From: the human T2T-CHM13v2.0 reference genome, Homo sapiens
Assembly (NCBI RefSeq): GCF_009914755.1
Contig: NC_060925.1
Direction: 5' to 3' (one strand)
DNA: 64,000 nucleotides
How positions within the stretch are numbered: position 1 is the stretch's first letter; each line of letters begins with the position of its first letter. Made by a program: the position numbers and the translations under genes. Of this stretch, positions 12,779 to 30,352 are shown piece by piece. The notes beneath the pieces are model-generated. The model did not search any database and was not told where the DNA came from. It was given only the letters and a program-made list of their open reading frames with translations.

Positions 12779-15100
12779 TTGTGTCTCTTTTTGACAATGA
12801 GGAACATTTTCTCAGAAGTTCTGCAACCATCTTCCCATCATATCATATTGGTCACGACTGGGTCACATGCTCATTCTTAAAACCATCACGAGAAAGGGGA
12901 CTGAGATGACCATAATTCACTTAGCTTAATCATTTGGAGAGTCACCCATCCTGACACTATCTCTTTGTTCATCCTAATCAGACTTACCAAAGGTTTGCTT
13001 TATTAGTCTTGTATCAGCTTTTGACTTCTGGCTCAAGTACTTTGCCTTTTGCTTGTTTTCTAATGTATTATTTCTTTCTTAGATTTCATTTATATTTACT
13101 GTATTATTCATTAATTTCTAAACTTCTTGTTTTGAAATAGATTCACAAAAGGCTATACCTTTTCCTCTTCTGCCATTTTGACCACACCCATTAGATTTTG
13201 AGATATATGTATCCCTGTCATTGTTGTTTCTAAACAGTCTGTAATTTTAGTTTTATTTTCTTCTTAACTCAAACTTTATTTGGAAGGGCGTTTTGTTGTG
13301 TTTGTTTTGTTCAAGAGAAATGAGCGCTACCTTTTTTGTTTTCTATTTTATTGCGGGACGGTCAGTAAATGTGGTCTGTATGATTTTTCTGTATGTGAGT
13401 ATCTTTAAGTATATGTATGAAGACAATATTTTCTTTCATTTTAAAATAAAGTTTTGTTTTTTATTATGGCAACACACACCCTTAGTTTACATAGTATAAT
13501 GGAATAGAAGGCATATAACAAGAAATAGCTGTTTATTGCCCCTTCCCTCACATCTCAGCTCTACTTCTCAGAGGCAACCATGTTCAATTCTTTCAACTAT
13601 GTCTTCTGCTAATTTACCTCCATATTTCCAAACAAGACAATACGCTGCTATTTCTTGATTTTTCAATATTAGACATTATCTATTTGATTTCCTACTATAG
13701 AATACAAGGACTATTCTTATTATACCGTGCTTACTTACTTCCCACTTTTCCTACCATGTGCTCCAACATAGCTTTATCACAATTTATGATTACTCCTTGT
13801 TGCTGAGACAAATAGTGTTGTCTGCTTATATTTCCCTTCTTGAACAATCTTTTTTTCCTCTAGATATAATAAATGCCTCATTTTCATATATTTTTTAGTT
13901 GTCTATGTGTTTATTAGCTTTTCCAAAGATTTAAAAAAAGTTCTAAAGCAGCTTAATACTATTTTCCATAGTAGTCAAATGCACCATGTAGCTTTTCAGT
14001 TTTTCTTCCTTCTTTTTTTTTTTTTCCATTAGCAAGATGTCCCTCCTTTTTTGACACTGTTTTCGGTCATTTGATCTCTGGACCTCTTGCACAGCTGTTG
14101 TCCTAGGACTTCTCTATCTTTTATATGAAATCCTGTTTCCTGAATCTTATGTCTTCCTATTTCTTGGTTTCTTCCTTGTGTGGCTGCAGCATGTTTGCCA
14201 GGGCATCCTGAGAAAGGGTTTGCAGGTGATATAGTGGAGGCCATAATGCCTCACCTCATACTCACTCAACTCACCTGAATTCACCTGCAGCTGCTGGCTG
14301 GGTCAATTTCTCCTGAGAATTAAACTATGACAGGGAAAAATTAGTCACCTGCAAATAGTCACCCTGGGTAGGAGAGAGGCCCTAAGAGTCTAACTTCTCC
14401 TTATACAGAGTTTACAATTATCCTCTCATTTTTAGAATCATTCTTTAACCATATATTTTGTTGTACATGATTCCTCCAAATTCCTGGACTTTTTCTAAGA
14501 TCTTCCAGGAAAATTAGCTTGCTTTTCATTAGCATTCCTTTCTTTAGGGAAATAAACTCAATTCCCTATTACCCAATTTTCTATAACAACATGACCAAGA
14601 TTTGTGGTTATCCCAATGTTACTTCTTAGATATTAGACAAAAATAATGTTAAATGGTTAAATAAAAGAGACATCTTTATATCTCTGTTTATCTTAATTAG
14701 GCTTGTCAGAAGTCTTTTTTATTGGTCTTTTCACAGAATTAGTTTTTGATTGTTTGATCACATCTTCCTTCTGTTTGCAATCTTGTACATTGTAATCTCT
14801 TCTATTTTGTAACATTCTTAGTCTTGAATAATACAAAAAAAAGTATATATTTTCCCTACCACACTAGTCTCTCTGTTTACTGTACTCCTGTGCCCACTGG
14901 AATGAAATGTTCCTTAATTTTTCTATTTTTGCTGAAAACCACAATTTCAACAGATAATTTAAATTATACAAATTGTTATCTCAACAAGATTACTTAAGAC
15001 TTGTCAAACACATTGTAGCATACATTTCTGTAACTGTTGTTAGCCAAATAATTAAACTCTTCAATCTGCGATTTCTACATATCCAACGAGAACCTATGTC

Positions 15101-15584
<484 letters not shown>

Positions 15585-15603
15585 CGAGAATCTATGTCAT
15601 TTA

Positions 15604-16029
<426 letters not shown>

Positions 16030-17396
16030 TAAACCCAGGATCCACTTTGAGTTTATTTTTTATGAGCTATGGTACTTAAGTTAAAGTTTATTTTTTTTTC
16101 CTATGGATGACCAATTGCTCCAACAATCATTTGTTGAAAAGGCCATCTTTCCTCATTGAATTGGTTTTGCACCTTTGTCAATAATCAGTTGGGTGTATTT
16201 GGGTGGGCCTATTTCCTGTTCTCTATTCTGTCCCATTATTCTGTGTCTATCACTCTGCCAATACCACACAATCTTGATTATTGTAGCTACATTGTAAGTT
16301 TTAAAATTGGTTAGACTGATTCCTCCCAATATTCTTCTTTTTTCAAGATTTTTAAGCTATTCTAGTTCCTTTGTCTTTCCATATACATTTAAAAATAATA
16401 TTGCCTGCATCTATAAAAAATCACGCTAGGATTTTGACAAGAATTGTGTTAAAGGTGTACATTAGTTTGGGAAGAATTGACTTCTTTACTATATTAAGTT
16501 TTCCAATCCATAAACACGATATGCCTCTCCATTTATTTAGATTTTTACAAACTTTCCTTCATCAGTGTTGTGTAGTTTTTGTCATACAAAACCTATACAT
16601 GTTTTGTTAGATTTATACCTATTTCTTTTTTCTTCTTAGTATTGTAATTGTAAATGATACTATTTTAAATTTCAGAGTCCACATGTTCATTGCCAATATG
16701 TAGAAATACAATTGATTTTTTATCTTGTATGTTTATCTTGTATGTTGCAACCTTGCTGAAGACTCACTTATTAGTTCTAGGAGTTTTTAATGTATTCTTG
16801 GGATTTTCTAGGTAGACAATCACATCATATATAAGCAGGGGCATTTTATTTCTTTCTTTCCTACCCATATGCCTTTTATTTTCTTCTCTTATCTTAGTGA
16901 ACTGGCTAGAACTTCCAGCATTATGTTGAATAAGAGTGGTACTAGCAGACATCTTTACTTTGTTTTGATTTTAGGGGGAAAGCATGCAGTCTTTCATTGT
17001 TGAGTATGTTGTTAGCCAAAAGTCTGTGTAGATGCTCTTTATCAAGTTGAGGAAGTTTCCCTCTATGCCCTCTCCTTTTTGCTTGTTTCTTTTTTTAATT
17101 TTTTTTTAGACTTTCCATCAGGAATAGGTGTTAATTTTGTTGATTTTTTTGCATTGATTGACAGGATTTTTTATGGTTTGACATGATTTTTGATGTGATT
17201 TTTCTTCTTTAGCATGTTAACATGATGGATTACATTGATTGATTTTGAAATATTGAACCAGTCTTGCATTCCAGGAATAAACCCCACTTGGTCATGGTGT
17301 ATAATTCTTTTTATATGTTACTAAATTCTATTTGCTAATATTTGGTTTAGTATTTTTGCACCTATAGTCATGAAAAATATTAGTCTGTAGTTTTCT

Positions 17397-17437
17397 TGTG
17401 TGTGTGTGTGTGTGTGTGTGTGTGTCTGTGTGTGTGT
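17397..17437. repeat. (TG)n microsatellite
   Basis: Directly visible; one TC interruption. Confidence 0.9.
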
Positions 17438-17624
17438 ATTAAACCTGTATGTGTCTTTAGCCCAAGATATGATATGTCCATCTTGGTATATGTGTCATGG
17501 GCACTTAGAAAGAATGTGTAGTCTTTGTCTGGCTTTGGTATCAGGATAAACTAACTTTGTAAAATGAATTGGAATGTGTTCCTTCCTATTCTATATTCTG
17601 AAAAACATTGTATAGAATTGGCTA

Positions 17625-17806
<182 letters not shown>

Positions 17807-18027
17807 AGAATTGGCTAATTCTTCTTCAAATGTTTGGCAGAATTCACCAGTAAAACCATCTAGGACTGGAGATTTCTTTTTGGGGAGTTTTAAAATTATG
17901 AATTCAATTTCCCTTATAATTACACAGCTACACAAGAATCCATTTCATTCTGGATGAACTGTGGCAGTTTGTGCTTTTTGAGGAATTATTTCATCTAAGT
18001 TGGCAAATTTATGTGTTTAAAATTATA

Positions 18028-18488
<461 letters not shown>

Positions 18489-19790
18489 TAAAATTATAGT
18501 ATTCCCTTATTCTCCTTTTGATATCTGCTGGTTTATTGGTAACTTGTATCTTTGCTCTGTCAGTCTTGCTTGAGGTTTGTCAATTTTATCTTTTCAATGA
18601 AGATCAATTTTCTCTATTTCTTATTTATTTTCTCTATTGTTTTTCTGTCATCAATTTCACTGTTTTGTGTGCTTATCTTTATTCTTGCCTCCCTTCTGCT
18701 TGCTTTGGGTTTATTTTGCTCTTCTTTTTTTAGATTCTTGAGGTGGGAGCTTAGATTATTGATTTGAGATTTTTCTCTATGCAATTAGTGCTATAAATTT
18801 CCATTCCAATACTGTTTTAATTGTGTCCCACAAATTTTTATATGTCGTATTTTCATTTTTATTCCATTTAGTGTATTTTATTTTATTTCCCTTGAGACTT
18901 CCTCTTTGACCCATGGATTATGCAGAAGTATGTTGTTTGGTTTCCAGGTACTTAGAGACGTTCCTGTTATCTTTCTGTTATTGATTCTAGTTTGATTTCA
19001 TCGTGGTTGGAAAACATGTTCTGTATAATGTTGAGTCTTTTAAATTTGTTGAGGATTTATTTTGGCTTAGCATATGATTTATCTCAGTGAGCACTTGATA
19101 AAAATGTGTGTTCTGCTGTTTTTGGGTGGAGTGTTATATAAATATTGATTAGATCATGTTGCTTGATGGTGTCATTGAGTTCTTCTGTATTTTTGCTGAT
19201 TTTCCATCTAGTTGTTCTATCAATCATATTGAGAGAGGAGCGCTGAAGCTTCTAGCTATAATTGTGGATATGTCAACTTCTACTTTTAATGCTATCACTT
19301 TCGCTTCATTTATTTTGTAGCTCTCTCGCTTGGTGAATTTACATTTAGGATGTCTTTTTGGTGGATTGGCCCTTCTATCATTAAATAAAGTCCTTTTCTG
19401 TCTCTGGTAATTTACTCTGCTCTGTGGTCTACTTTATCTGATGCTGTTTTGGGTGGTGGTGGGGCCACAGTTTGTTTTTTGTTTTTTTTTTCCTGTGGTA
19501 TTGCTAGACTAGTGCATTTACTATCTAAACATTTTCAGTCATGCTAGGCTGCCCCTTTCCTTGTCTTCTGGGGAGGAAGAGAAGGATTTTCCCGAGGCTT
19601 TTTTTCTCTATACCTTTGGCATTTCTGGGTTGCTGGCTTTTTCAGCTCCAGATGTAGCATACATGAAACAAAAAGAAAACCTACGGAACTCATCACCATT
19701 TTGTTCCCCAGGTTCCAAGGTCCCTTGCTCATCTGCTTTCTTTTCTCTTTTCTCCATTTTTAAGTCTTCTTATTTCTGTTTTATATATAA

Positions 19791-20240
<450 letters not shown>

Positions 20241-20253
20241 TAAAAAATTTGTG

Positions 20254-20822
20254 GCGATTCCTCAAATACCTAAATACAGAAATACCATTTGACTCAGCAA
20301 TCCCATTACTGGGTACATACCCAAAGGAATAGAAATCCTCTTATTATAAAGATACATGCACATGTATATTCATTGCAGCACTATTCACCATTGCAAAGAG
20401 ATGGAATCAACCTAAATGCCCATCAATGATAGACTGGATAAAGCAAATGTGATACATATATGCTGTGGTATACTATACAGCCACAAAAAAGAATGAGATC
20501 ACATCCTTTGCAGGGACACAGATGGAGCTGGAGGCCATTATCCTTAGCAAACTAACACTGGAACAAAAACCACATACCTCATGTTCTCATTTATAAGTGG
20601 GAGCTAAATGAAGAGAACACATGGACACAGAGAGGGGAAAAACACTGGGGCCTACCAGAGGGTAGAGAGTGGGAGGAGAGAGAAAATCAGGAAAAATAAC
20701 TAATGAATCCGAGGCTCAGTACCTGGGTGATAAAATAACCTGTATAACAACCCCCCATGACACAAGTTTACCTATGTCACCAACCTGCACATGTATCCCT
20801 GAACTTAAGATAAAAGTTAAAA
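20254..20822 (+). mobile_element. L1PA 3'-end fragment inserted into the middle of a minus-strand AluJ-like element (about 20063-20895)
   Basis: End of L1 ORF2, 3'UTR and A-tail; flanking repeat aaaaaattt(t)gtg; the Alu resumes after 20830. Confidence 0.85.
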
Positions 20823-22540
20823 AAAATTTTGTGAAGATGGAGTCTCACTATGTTGCCCAGTCTGGTTTTGAACTCCTGGGCTCAAGCTATGCTCCTAATA
20901 TTTTTAATATACATATTTGCACTTATATTTTCATCAATACATAGAGTTAGTCATAGTCTATATTTCCCCCTTGAACTTTTTGGGGGATAAAAAGCACCCA
21001 GATAAAAATAAGCCAAACTAACCATAGGAGAAGTCTCTAGGTGAAGGACTTATGGATGATTTTTTAATTTCCTTTTTCCTTCTACCATTAGTATGTATTG
21101 TAAATAACATTTGGAAGCTCAGTGTTCTATGCACCTTATTTTACTATTATTAAGTAAAATCCTGTTTATTTCTACATCACTTTTATGAATAAAATTGAGT
21201 TTTATAGGCCTTCTTTTTGCTTATTTTCTAACCAATAAAATTGCAGGCTTTAACTTTAAAAATGCAAGTTTTCATAAGAAATATAAGGAGTCTCAGAAAG
21301 AGATGTCCCCTCTCCCTTTGATTAACAGAGGAGGACTATCCTTCTATGTCATAAAGCTGCTTCAAGAATCCAATTTGATAAGGTGTTAAACTGAAGCGTT
21401 TTATTAAAATATCAATATTGCTTTCTTGGACAAAATGGAGATGTGTGGATATTCATATTTGTTTGCAACCTGTTCTGTTGATAACAATCTGTCCTTGGAA
21501 GTAAAATTTGAGCAATGAGAACTTGCAGAATTCCTTTAAAAACTGCCACATCCTGTGAAAATTATCTTCAAAAATAAATCCATTCTTCATTTTGATATTA
21601 TTTCAAAATCTGTCGCCTGAGCAATAATGTTTTAATTTACATCTATATACTCCTGCACAAAATAAATACTTGTAAAATTGCTCTGTCAAATTGGAAGTGG
21701 ATCACTGATACCTTCATTTTCTCAGTTATTCATGTTAGGGGAAAGAAGCTCATGGTTCTGTAAGATATTCTACTTCAATGCAAAAATTGGGAGAATTATT
21801 TCAATTAATTAACAAATCCATGGTGAGCTGAGAGTTGAAGGCTGTGCCCTATGCTGGCAGTCTCAAATAAAGCAGCTAAGAGAGAGGAGAGAAACCTTAG
21901 GCTCCAGCAGAAGCCTTCCTGTCTCTGATATACCAGCTCAGGATAACTCTGTTAAGGAGTCATTTTGCTGAACAAATCTGCAGAGCCATCACAAAGAGAG
22001 TAAGAAAAAAAACATACACATATTTTAAAAATTGTTTGTGGCCTAAGAACCTCAAGCAATTTCAATTTCCAAGGGAAGGAATTCAGGGCACTATACTCCA
22101 TAAATTCTTAAATATTTTATTTGCTGCTAGCAGTCAGGTAGAAAAAATAGCCCAGGACACTGTCTTCCAGGAATATGTGAGTTTTCTTTACGAAAATGAG
22201 GCCCACCTGGCAGTAGAATGAGCTTCCCATAATTCCAGTGACCTGACGGTAAGGGATTGGCTTTCCTTAGAAACTGGGGCCACTCCCTGGTGCGTGGGAG
22301 ATCTGGTGCATGGGAGAACTCAGAGCATCTTTGTGTATGCTTTCTGAATGTGTATTCTAAAAGTTTAACAGGTGATGAAATAGGTACCCAGAAAGGGGCA
22401 TGTCAATTCATGTCTAGCTTATGTGGAGACTTCCAGCTTCTACCTGAACAACCTGAAACTGGTTCTGAGTGAATTCTTTCTTTCTCTTTCCCTCTCCCCT
22501 TCCTCTCTCCATCCCTCTCTCTGTGCTTCTCTTACCTTCC

Positions 22541-23015
<475 letters not shown>

Positions 23016-23175
23016 TAAATAGATAATAAACGAATATTATGAAAAACTTTATATAGATAAATATGACAACTTAGATAAAATGGACAAATTCCTTGACAGC
23101 TGCACACAAACTATCTAGGTTCATTTAAGGAGAAATAGCCTCAATAGCCCTATATCTATTAAAGAAATGGAATTT

Positions 23176-26100
23176 TCAAGGGGGGAGGGGCCAAGATGGC
23201 TAAATAGGAACAGCTCTGGTCTGCAGCTCCCAGCGAGACCAACTCAGAAGGCTGGTGATTTCTGTATCTCCAACTGAGGTAACCAGTTCATCTCACTGGA
23301 AATGGTTAGGCAGTGGGTCCAACCCGTGGAGAGCGAGCAGAAGCAAGATGGGGTGATGCTCCACCCAGGAAGTGCAAGGGGCCAGGGACCTCCCTTCCCC
23401 CAGCCAATGGAAGCTGTGAGGAACTGTGTTACCCAGCTGGGTTACTACGCTTTTCCCACGGTTTTTGCAATCTGCACATCAGGAGATTCCCTCGTGTGCC
23501 TACACCACTGGGGCCCTGGGTTTCAAGCACAAAACTGGGCAGCTGTTTGGGCAGACACGGAGCTAGCCGCAGGAGTTTTTTTGTACCCCAGTGGCTCCTG
23601 GAACCCCAGTGAGACAGAACCATTCACTCCCCTGGAAAGGGGGCTGAAGCCAGGGAGCCAAGTGGTCTCGCTCAGCAGGTCCCACTCCCACAGAGCCCAG
23701 CAAGCTAAGAACCACTGGCTGGAAATTCTCGCTGCCAGCACAGCAGTCTGAAGTAGACCTGGGACAATTGAGCTTGGTCATGGGAGGGGCGTCCGCCATT
23801 ACTGAGACTTCAGTAGGCGATTTTTCAGACAGTGGTTAGGAGGCTGGGAGGTCTGGGCTGGGCGTGGCAAAGCGGCTGTGGCCAGACTGCTTCTCTAGAT
23901 TCCTCCTCACTGGGCAGGGCATCTGTGAAGGAAAGGTAACAGCACCAGTCAGGGGCTTACAGACAAAACCACCATCTCCCTGGACAGAGCACCTGAGGGA
24001 AGGGGCGGCTGTGGGCACAGCTTCAGCGGATTTAATTGTTCCTGCCTGCTGGCTCTGAAGAGAGCAGCTGATCCTGACTAGCGGGATTCTCCCAGCATAG
24101 CGCACCAGCTCTGCTAAGGGACAGACTGCCTCCTCAAGTGGGTCCCTGACCCCCGAGTCTCCTGACTGGGAGAAACCTCCCAACAGGGGTTGACAGACAC
24201 CTCATACAGGAGAGCTCTGGCTGGCATGAGGCTGGTGACCCTCTGGGATGAAGCTTCCAGAGGAAGGAGCAGGCAGCAGTCTTTGCTGTTCTGCAGCCTC
24301 CACTGGTGATACCCAGGTGAACAGGGTCTGGAGTGGACCTCCAGCAAACTGCAGAAGAGGGACCTATTAGAAGAAAAACTAACAAACAGAAAGCAACAAC
24401 ATCAACATCAACATAAAGGAACCCCACACCAAAACCCCATCCAAAGGTCATCAGCCTCAAGGATCAAAGGTAGATAAATCCATGAAGATGAGGAAAAACC
24501 AATGCAAAAACACTGAAAACTCCAAAAACCAGAATGCCTCTTCTCCTCCAAATGATCACAACTCCTCTCTAGCAAGGGCACAAAACTGGAAGGAGAATGA
24601 GAATGACGAATTGACAGAAGTAGGCTTCAGAAGGTGGGTAATAACAAACTCCTCTGAGCTAAAGGAGCATGTTCTAACCTAATGCAGGGAAGCTAAGAAC
24701 CTTGATAAAAGGTTACAGGAACTACTAACTAGAATAACCAGTTTAGAGAGGAACATAAATGACCTGATGGAGCTGAAAAACACAGCACGAGAACTTCGTG
24801 AAGCATACACAAGTATCAGTAGCCAAATTGATCAAGTGGAAGAAAGGATATCAGAGATTGAAGATCAACTTACTGAAATAAGGCATGAAGAAAATATTAG
24901 AGAAAAAAGAATGAAAAGGAATGAACAAAGCCTCCAAGAAATATGGGACTGTGTGAACAGACCAAACCTATAATTGATTGGTGTACCTGAAAGTGACGGG
25001 GAGAATGGAACCAAGTTGGAAAACACACTTTAGGATATTATTCTGGAGAACTTCCCCAACCTAGCAAGACAGGCCAACATTCAACTTCAGGACATACAGA
25101 GAACACCACTAAGATAATCCTCAAGAAGAGCAACCCCAAGACACGTAATCTTCAGATTCTCCAAGGTCAAAATGAAGGAAAAAATTTTAAGGGCAGCCAA
25201 TGAGAAAGGTCAGGTTATCTATAAAGGGAAGCCCCTCAGACTAACAGCAGATCTCTCTTCAGAAACCCTACAAGCTAGAAGAGAGTGGGGGCCAACATTC
25301 AACATTCTTAAAAAAAGAACTTTCAACCCAGAATTTCATATCCAGCCAAACTAAACTTCATAAATGGAGAAATAAAATCCTTTCCAGACAAGCAAATGCA
25401 GAGGGATTTTGCCACCACCAGGCCTGCCTTCCAACAGCTCCTGAAGGAAGCATTAAATATGGAAAGGAAAAGCTGGTACCAGCCACTGCAAAAACACGCC
25501 AAAATATAAAGACCAATGACACTATGAAGAAACTGCATCAACTAATGTGCAAAATAACCAGCTAGCAGCATGATGACAGGATCAAATTCACACATAACAA
25601 TATTAACCTTAAATGTAAATGGGCTAAATGCCCCAATTAAAAGACACGGGTTGGCAAATTGGATACAGAGTCAAGACCCATTGGTGTGCTGTATTCGGGA
25701 GACCCATCTCACGTGCAAAGACACACATGGGCTCAAAATAAAGGGATGGAGGAATATTTACCAAGCAAATGGAAAACAAAAAACAAAACAAAACAAAAAC
25801 AAACAAACAAAACTGGGGTTGCAATCCTAGTCTCCGATAAAACAGACTTTAAACCAACAAAGATCAAAAAAGACAAAGAAGGGCATTACATAAAGGTAAA
25901 GGGATCAATGCAACAAGAAGAGCTAACTATACTAAATATATATGCATCCAATACAGGAGCACCCAGATTCATAAAACAAGTTCTTAGAGACATACAAAGA
26001 GACTTAGACTCCCACACAATAATAGTGGGAGACTTTAACACCCCACTGTCAATATTAGACAGATCAATGAGACAGAAAATTAACAAGGATATTCAGGACT

Positions 26101-29100
26101 TGAACTCAACTCTAGACCGAGTGGACCTAATAGACATCTACAGAACTCTCCACCCCAAATCAACTGAATATACGTTCTTCTTAGCATCACATAGCGCATA
26201 TTCTAAAATTTAATACATAATTGGAAGAAAAACACTCCTCAGCAAATGCAAAAGAACAGAAAGCATAACAAACAGTCTCTCAGACCACAGTGCAATCAAG
26301 TTAGAACTCAGGTTTAAGAAACTCACTCAAAACTGCAAAACTACATGGAAATTGAACAACCTGCTCCTGAATGACTACTGAGTAAATAATGAAATTATGA
26401 CAGAAATAAAGAAGTTCTTTGAAACCAATGAGAACAAAGAGACAGCATACCAGAATCTCTGGGACAAAGCTAAAGCAGTGTGTAGAGGGAAATTTATAGC
26501 ACTAAATGCCCACAACAGAAAGCTGGAAAGATCTAAAATCACCACCCTAACATCACAATTAAAAGAACTGGAGAAGCAAGAGCAAACAAATTCAAAAACT
26601 AGCAGAAGACAAGAAATAACTAAGATCAGTGCAGAACTGAAATATATAAGAGACATGAAAAACACTTCAAAAAATCAGTGAATCCAGGAGCTGGTTTTTT
26701 GAAAAGATTAACAAAATACATGGACCACTAGCTAGACTAATAAAGAAGAGAGAGGGGAATCAAATAGATGTGCAAAAAAATGATAAAAGGAATATCACCA
26801 CTGATCCCACAGAAATACAAACTACCATCAGAGAATACTACAAACACTTCTACACAAATAAACAAGAAATTCTAGAAGAAATGAATAAGTTGCTTGACAC
26901 ATACACCCTCCCAAGACTAAACCAGGAAGAAGTTGAATCCCTGAATAGACCAATAACAAGTTCCGAAATTGAGGCAGTAGTTAATAACCTACCAACCAAA
27001 AAAAGCCCAGGACCAGACAGATTCACAGCTGAATTCTACCAGAGGTATAAAGAGGCTGGTACCATTCTTTCTGAAACTATTCCAAATAATAGATAAAGAG
27101 GGACTCATCTCTAACTCATTTTATGCGGCCAGCATCATCCTGATACCAAAACCTGGCAGATACACAACTAAAAAAGAAAATGTCAGGCCAATATCCCTGA
27201 TGGACACCGATGAGAAAATCCTCAATAAAATGCTGGCAAACCAAATCCAGCAGCACATCAAAAAGCTTATCCACCATGGTCAAGTTGGCTTCATCCCTGG
27301 GATGCAAGGCTTGTTCAACATACACAAATCAATAAAGGTAATCCATCACATAAACAGAACCAATGACAAAAACCACATGATTATCTCAATAGATGCAGAG
27401 AAGGCCTTCGATAAAATTCAACATCCCTTCATGCTAAAAACTCTCAATAAACTAGGTATTGATGGAAAATATCTCAAAATAATCAGAGCTATTTATGACA
27501 AACCCATAGCCAATATCATACCAAATGGGCAAAAGCTGGAAGCATTCCCTTTGAAAACCAGCACAAGACAAGGATGCCCTCTCTCATCACTCCTATTCAA
27601 CATGGTATTGGAAGTTCTGGCCCAGGCAATCAGGCAAGAGAAAGAAGTAAAGGGTATTCAAATAAGAAGAGAAGAAGTCAGATTGTCTCTGTTTGTAGAC
27701 GACATGATTGTATATTTAGAAAACCCCATTGTCTCAGCCCCAAAACTCCTTAAGGTGATAAGCAACTTCAGCAAAGTCTCAGGATACAAAATCAATGTGC
27801 AAAAATCACAAGCATTCCTATACACCACCAACAGAGAGACAGCCAAATCATGAGTGAACTCCCATTCACAATTGCTACAAAGAGAATAAAATACCAAGGA
27901 ATACAACTTACAAGGGACATGAAGGACCTCTTCAAGGAAAACTACAAACCACTGCTCAAGGAAATAAGAGAGTATACAAACAAATGGAAAAACATTCCAT
28001 GCTCATGGATAGGAAGAATCAATATCATGAAAATGGCCATACTGCCCAAAGTAATTTATAGATTCAATGCTATTCCCATGAAACTACCATTGACTTTCTT
28101 TGCAGACTTAGAAAAAACTACTTTAAATTTCGTGTGGAACCAAAAAGCAGCCCGTATAGCCAAGACAATCCTAAGCAAAAAGAACAAAGCTGGAGGCATC
28201 ATGCAACCTGACTTCAAACAAAACTACAAGGCTACAGTAACCAAAATGCATGATACTGGTACCAAAACAGATATGTAGACCAATGGAACAGAACAGAGAC
28301 CTTAGAAATAATGCCACACATCTATAACCATCTGATCTTTGACAGACCTGACAAAAACAAACAATGGGCAAAGGATTCCCTATTTAATAAATGGTGCTGG
28401 GAAAACTGGCTAGCCATATGCAGAAAACAGAAACTGGACCCCTTCCTTACACCTTATACAAAAATTAACTCGAGATAGATTAAAGACTTAAATGTAAAAA
28501 TCTAAAACCATAAAAACCCTAGAAGAAAACCTAGGCAATGCCATTCAGGACATAGGCATGGGCAAAGACTTCATGACTAAAACACCAAAAGCAATGGCAA
28601 CAAAAGCCAAAATTGACAAATGGGATCTAATCAAACTAAAGAGCTTCTGCACAACAAAAGAAACTATCACCAGAGTGAACAGGCAACCTACAGAATGGGA
28701 GAAAAGTTTTGCAAGCTACCCATCTGACAAAGGTCTAATATCCAGAATCTACAAGGAGCTTAAACAAATTTACAAGAAAAAAACAATCAAAAAGTGGGCG
28801 AAGGTTATGAACAGACACTTCTCAAAAGAAGACATTTATGGGGCCAACAAACATATTTTAAAAAGCTCATCATCACTGGTCATTAGAGACATGCAAACCA
28901 AAACCACAATGAGATACCATCTCACACCAGTTAGAATGGTGATTATTAAGAAGTCAGGAAACAACAGATAGAGAAACAGGAGCGCTTTTACACTGTTGGT
29001 GGGGGTGTAAATTAGTTCAACCATTGTGGAAGAAGACAGTGTGGTGATTCCTCAATGATCTAGAACCAGAAATACCATTTGACCCAGCAATCTCATTACT

Positions 29101-29631
29101 GGGTATATACCCAAAGGATTATAAATCATTCTACTATAAAGACACCTGCACACATATGTTTATTGCAGCACTATTTACAATAGCAAAGATTTGGAACCCA
29201 CCCAAATGCCCATCAATGATAGACTGGAGAAAGAAAATGTGGGACATATAAACAGTGGGATACTATGCAGCCATAAAAAAGGATGAGTTCACGTCCTTTA
29301 CAGGGAAATGGATGAAGCTGGAAACCATCATTCTCAGCAAACTAACACAGGAACAGAAAACCAAACACCACATGTTGTCATTCATAAGTGGGAGTTGAAC
29401 AATGAGAACACATGGACACAGGGAGGGTAATATCACACACCAGGCTCTGTCAGGGGGTAGGGGTAAGGGGAAGAAGAGCATTAGAACAAATACCTAATGT
29501 ATGCGGGACTTAAAACCTAGATAATGGGTTGATAGGTGCAGCAAACCACCATGGCACTTGTATACCTATGTAACAACCTGCACTTTCTGCACATGTATCC
29601 CAGAACTTAAAGTAAAATAAAAATTAAAAAA
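23176..29631 (+). mobile_element. Full-length, inactivated LINE-1 (L1PA7/PA8-like, about 6.45 kb)
   Basis: 5'UTR with YY1 motif caagatggc at 23192-23200. ORF1 remnants from about 24488. ORF2 remnants from 25570 (MTGSNSHITILTLNVNGLN, RQGCPLS, FVDD in place of FADD). 3'UTR and A tail. TSD AAAGAAATG/TGAATTT at 23161-23175 and 29632-29646. Multiple stops and frameshifts. Confidence 0.95.
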
Positions 29632-29826
29632 AAAGAAATTGAATTTATTATCAAAACTTTCCTGCAAAGAAAACTTAAGGTCCAGATGGTTTTACTGCCA
29701 AATTCTAACAAACATTTAAGGAATAAATAATACCAATTCTATACCAAGTCTTCCAGAAAATTAGGGAGAAAAGAACACTTTGCAACTCAGACATCCAGGC
29801 AAAGGCATGAAAAGAAACCAAACCTA

Positions 29827-29927
29827 GGCTGTTCCAAGTGCAGTGGTGTTTACAACTAATTGATCATGACCATTAACAGATTTCTTTGTTCCTTCTCCAC
29901 TCCCACAGCTCCATTTTAATAGCCTTT
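29827..29927 (+). pseudogene. Y3 RNA (RNY3) retropseudogene
   Basis: ggctgttccaagtgcagtggtgtttacaactaattgatca...acagatttctttgttccttctccactcccac...tagccttt matches hY3 over its full length as I recall it; followed by an A-rich tail. Confidence 0.9.
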
Positions 29928-29958
29928 AAATAAAAAGTATTTTAAAAAATAAAGAAGA

Positions 29959-30352
<394 letters not shown>

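Noticed and set aside
21150-21850. AT-rich stretch that might be an ancient DNA-transposon coding remnant
   Set aside because: I could not identify terminal repeats or a convincing transposase translation by eye. A Dfam search would be needed.
24482-29400. Endonuclease and reverse transcriptase ORFs as an active or novel RT system
   Set aside because: These are ordinary L1 ORF1/ORF2 fragments with many stops and frameshifts, an (AAAAC)n expansion in the endonuclease region, and FVDD in place of FADD.
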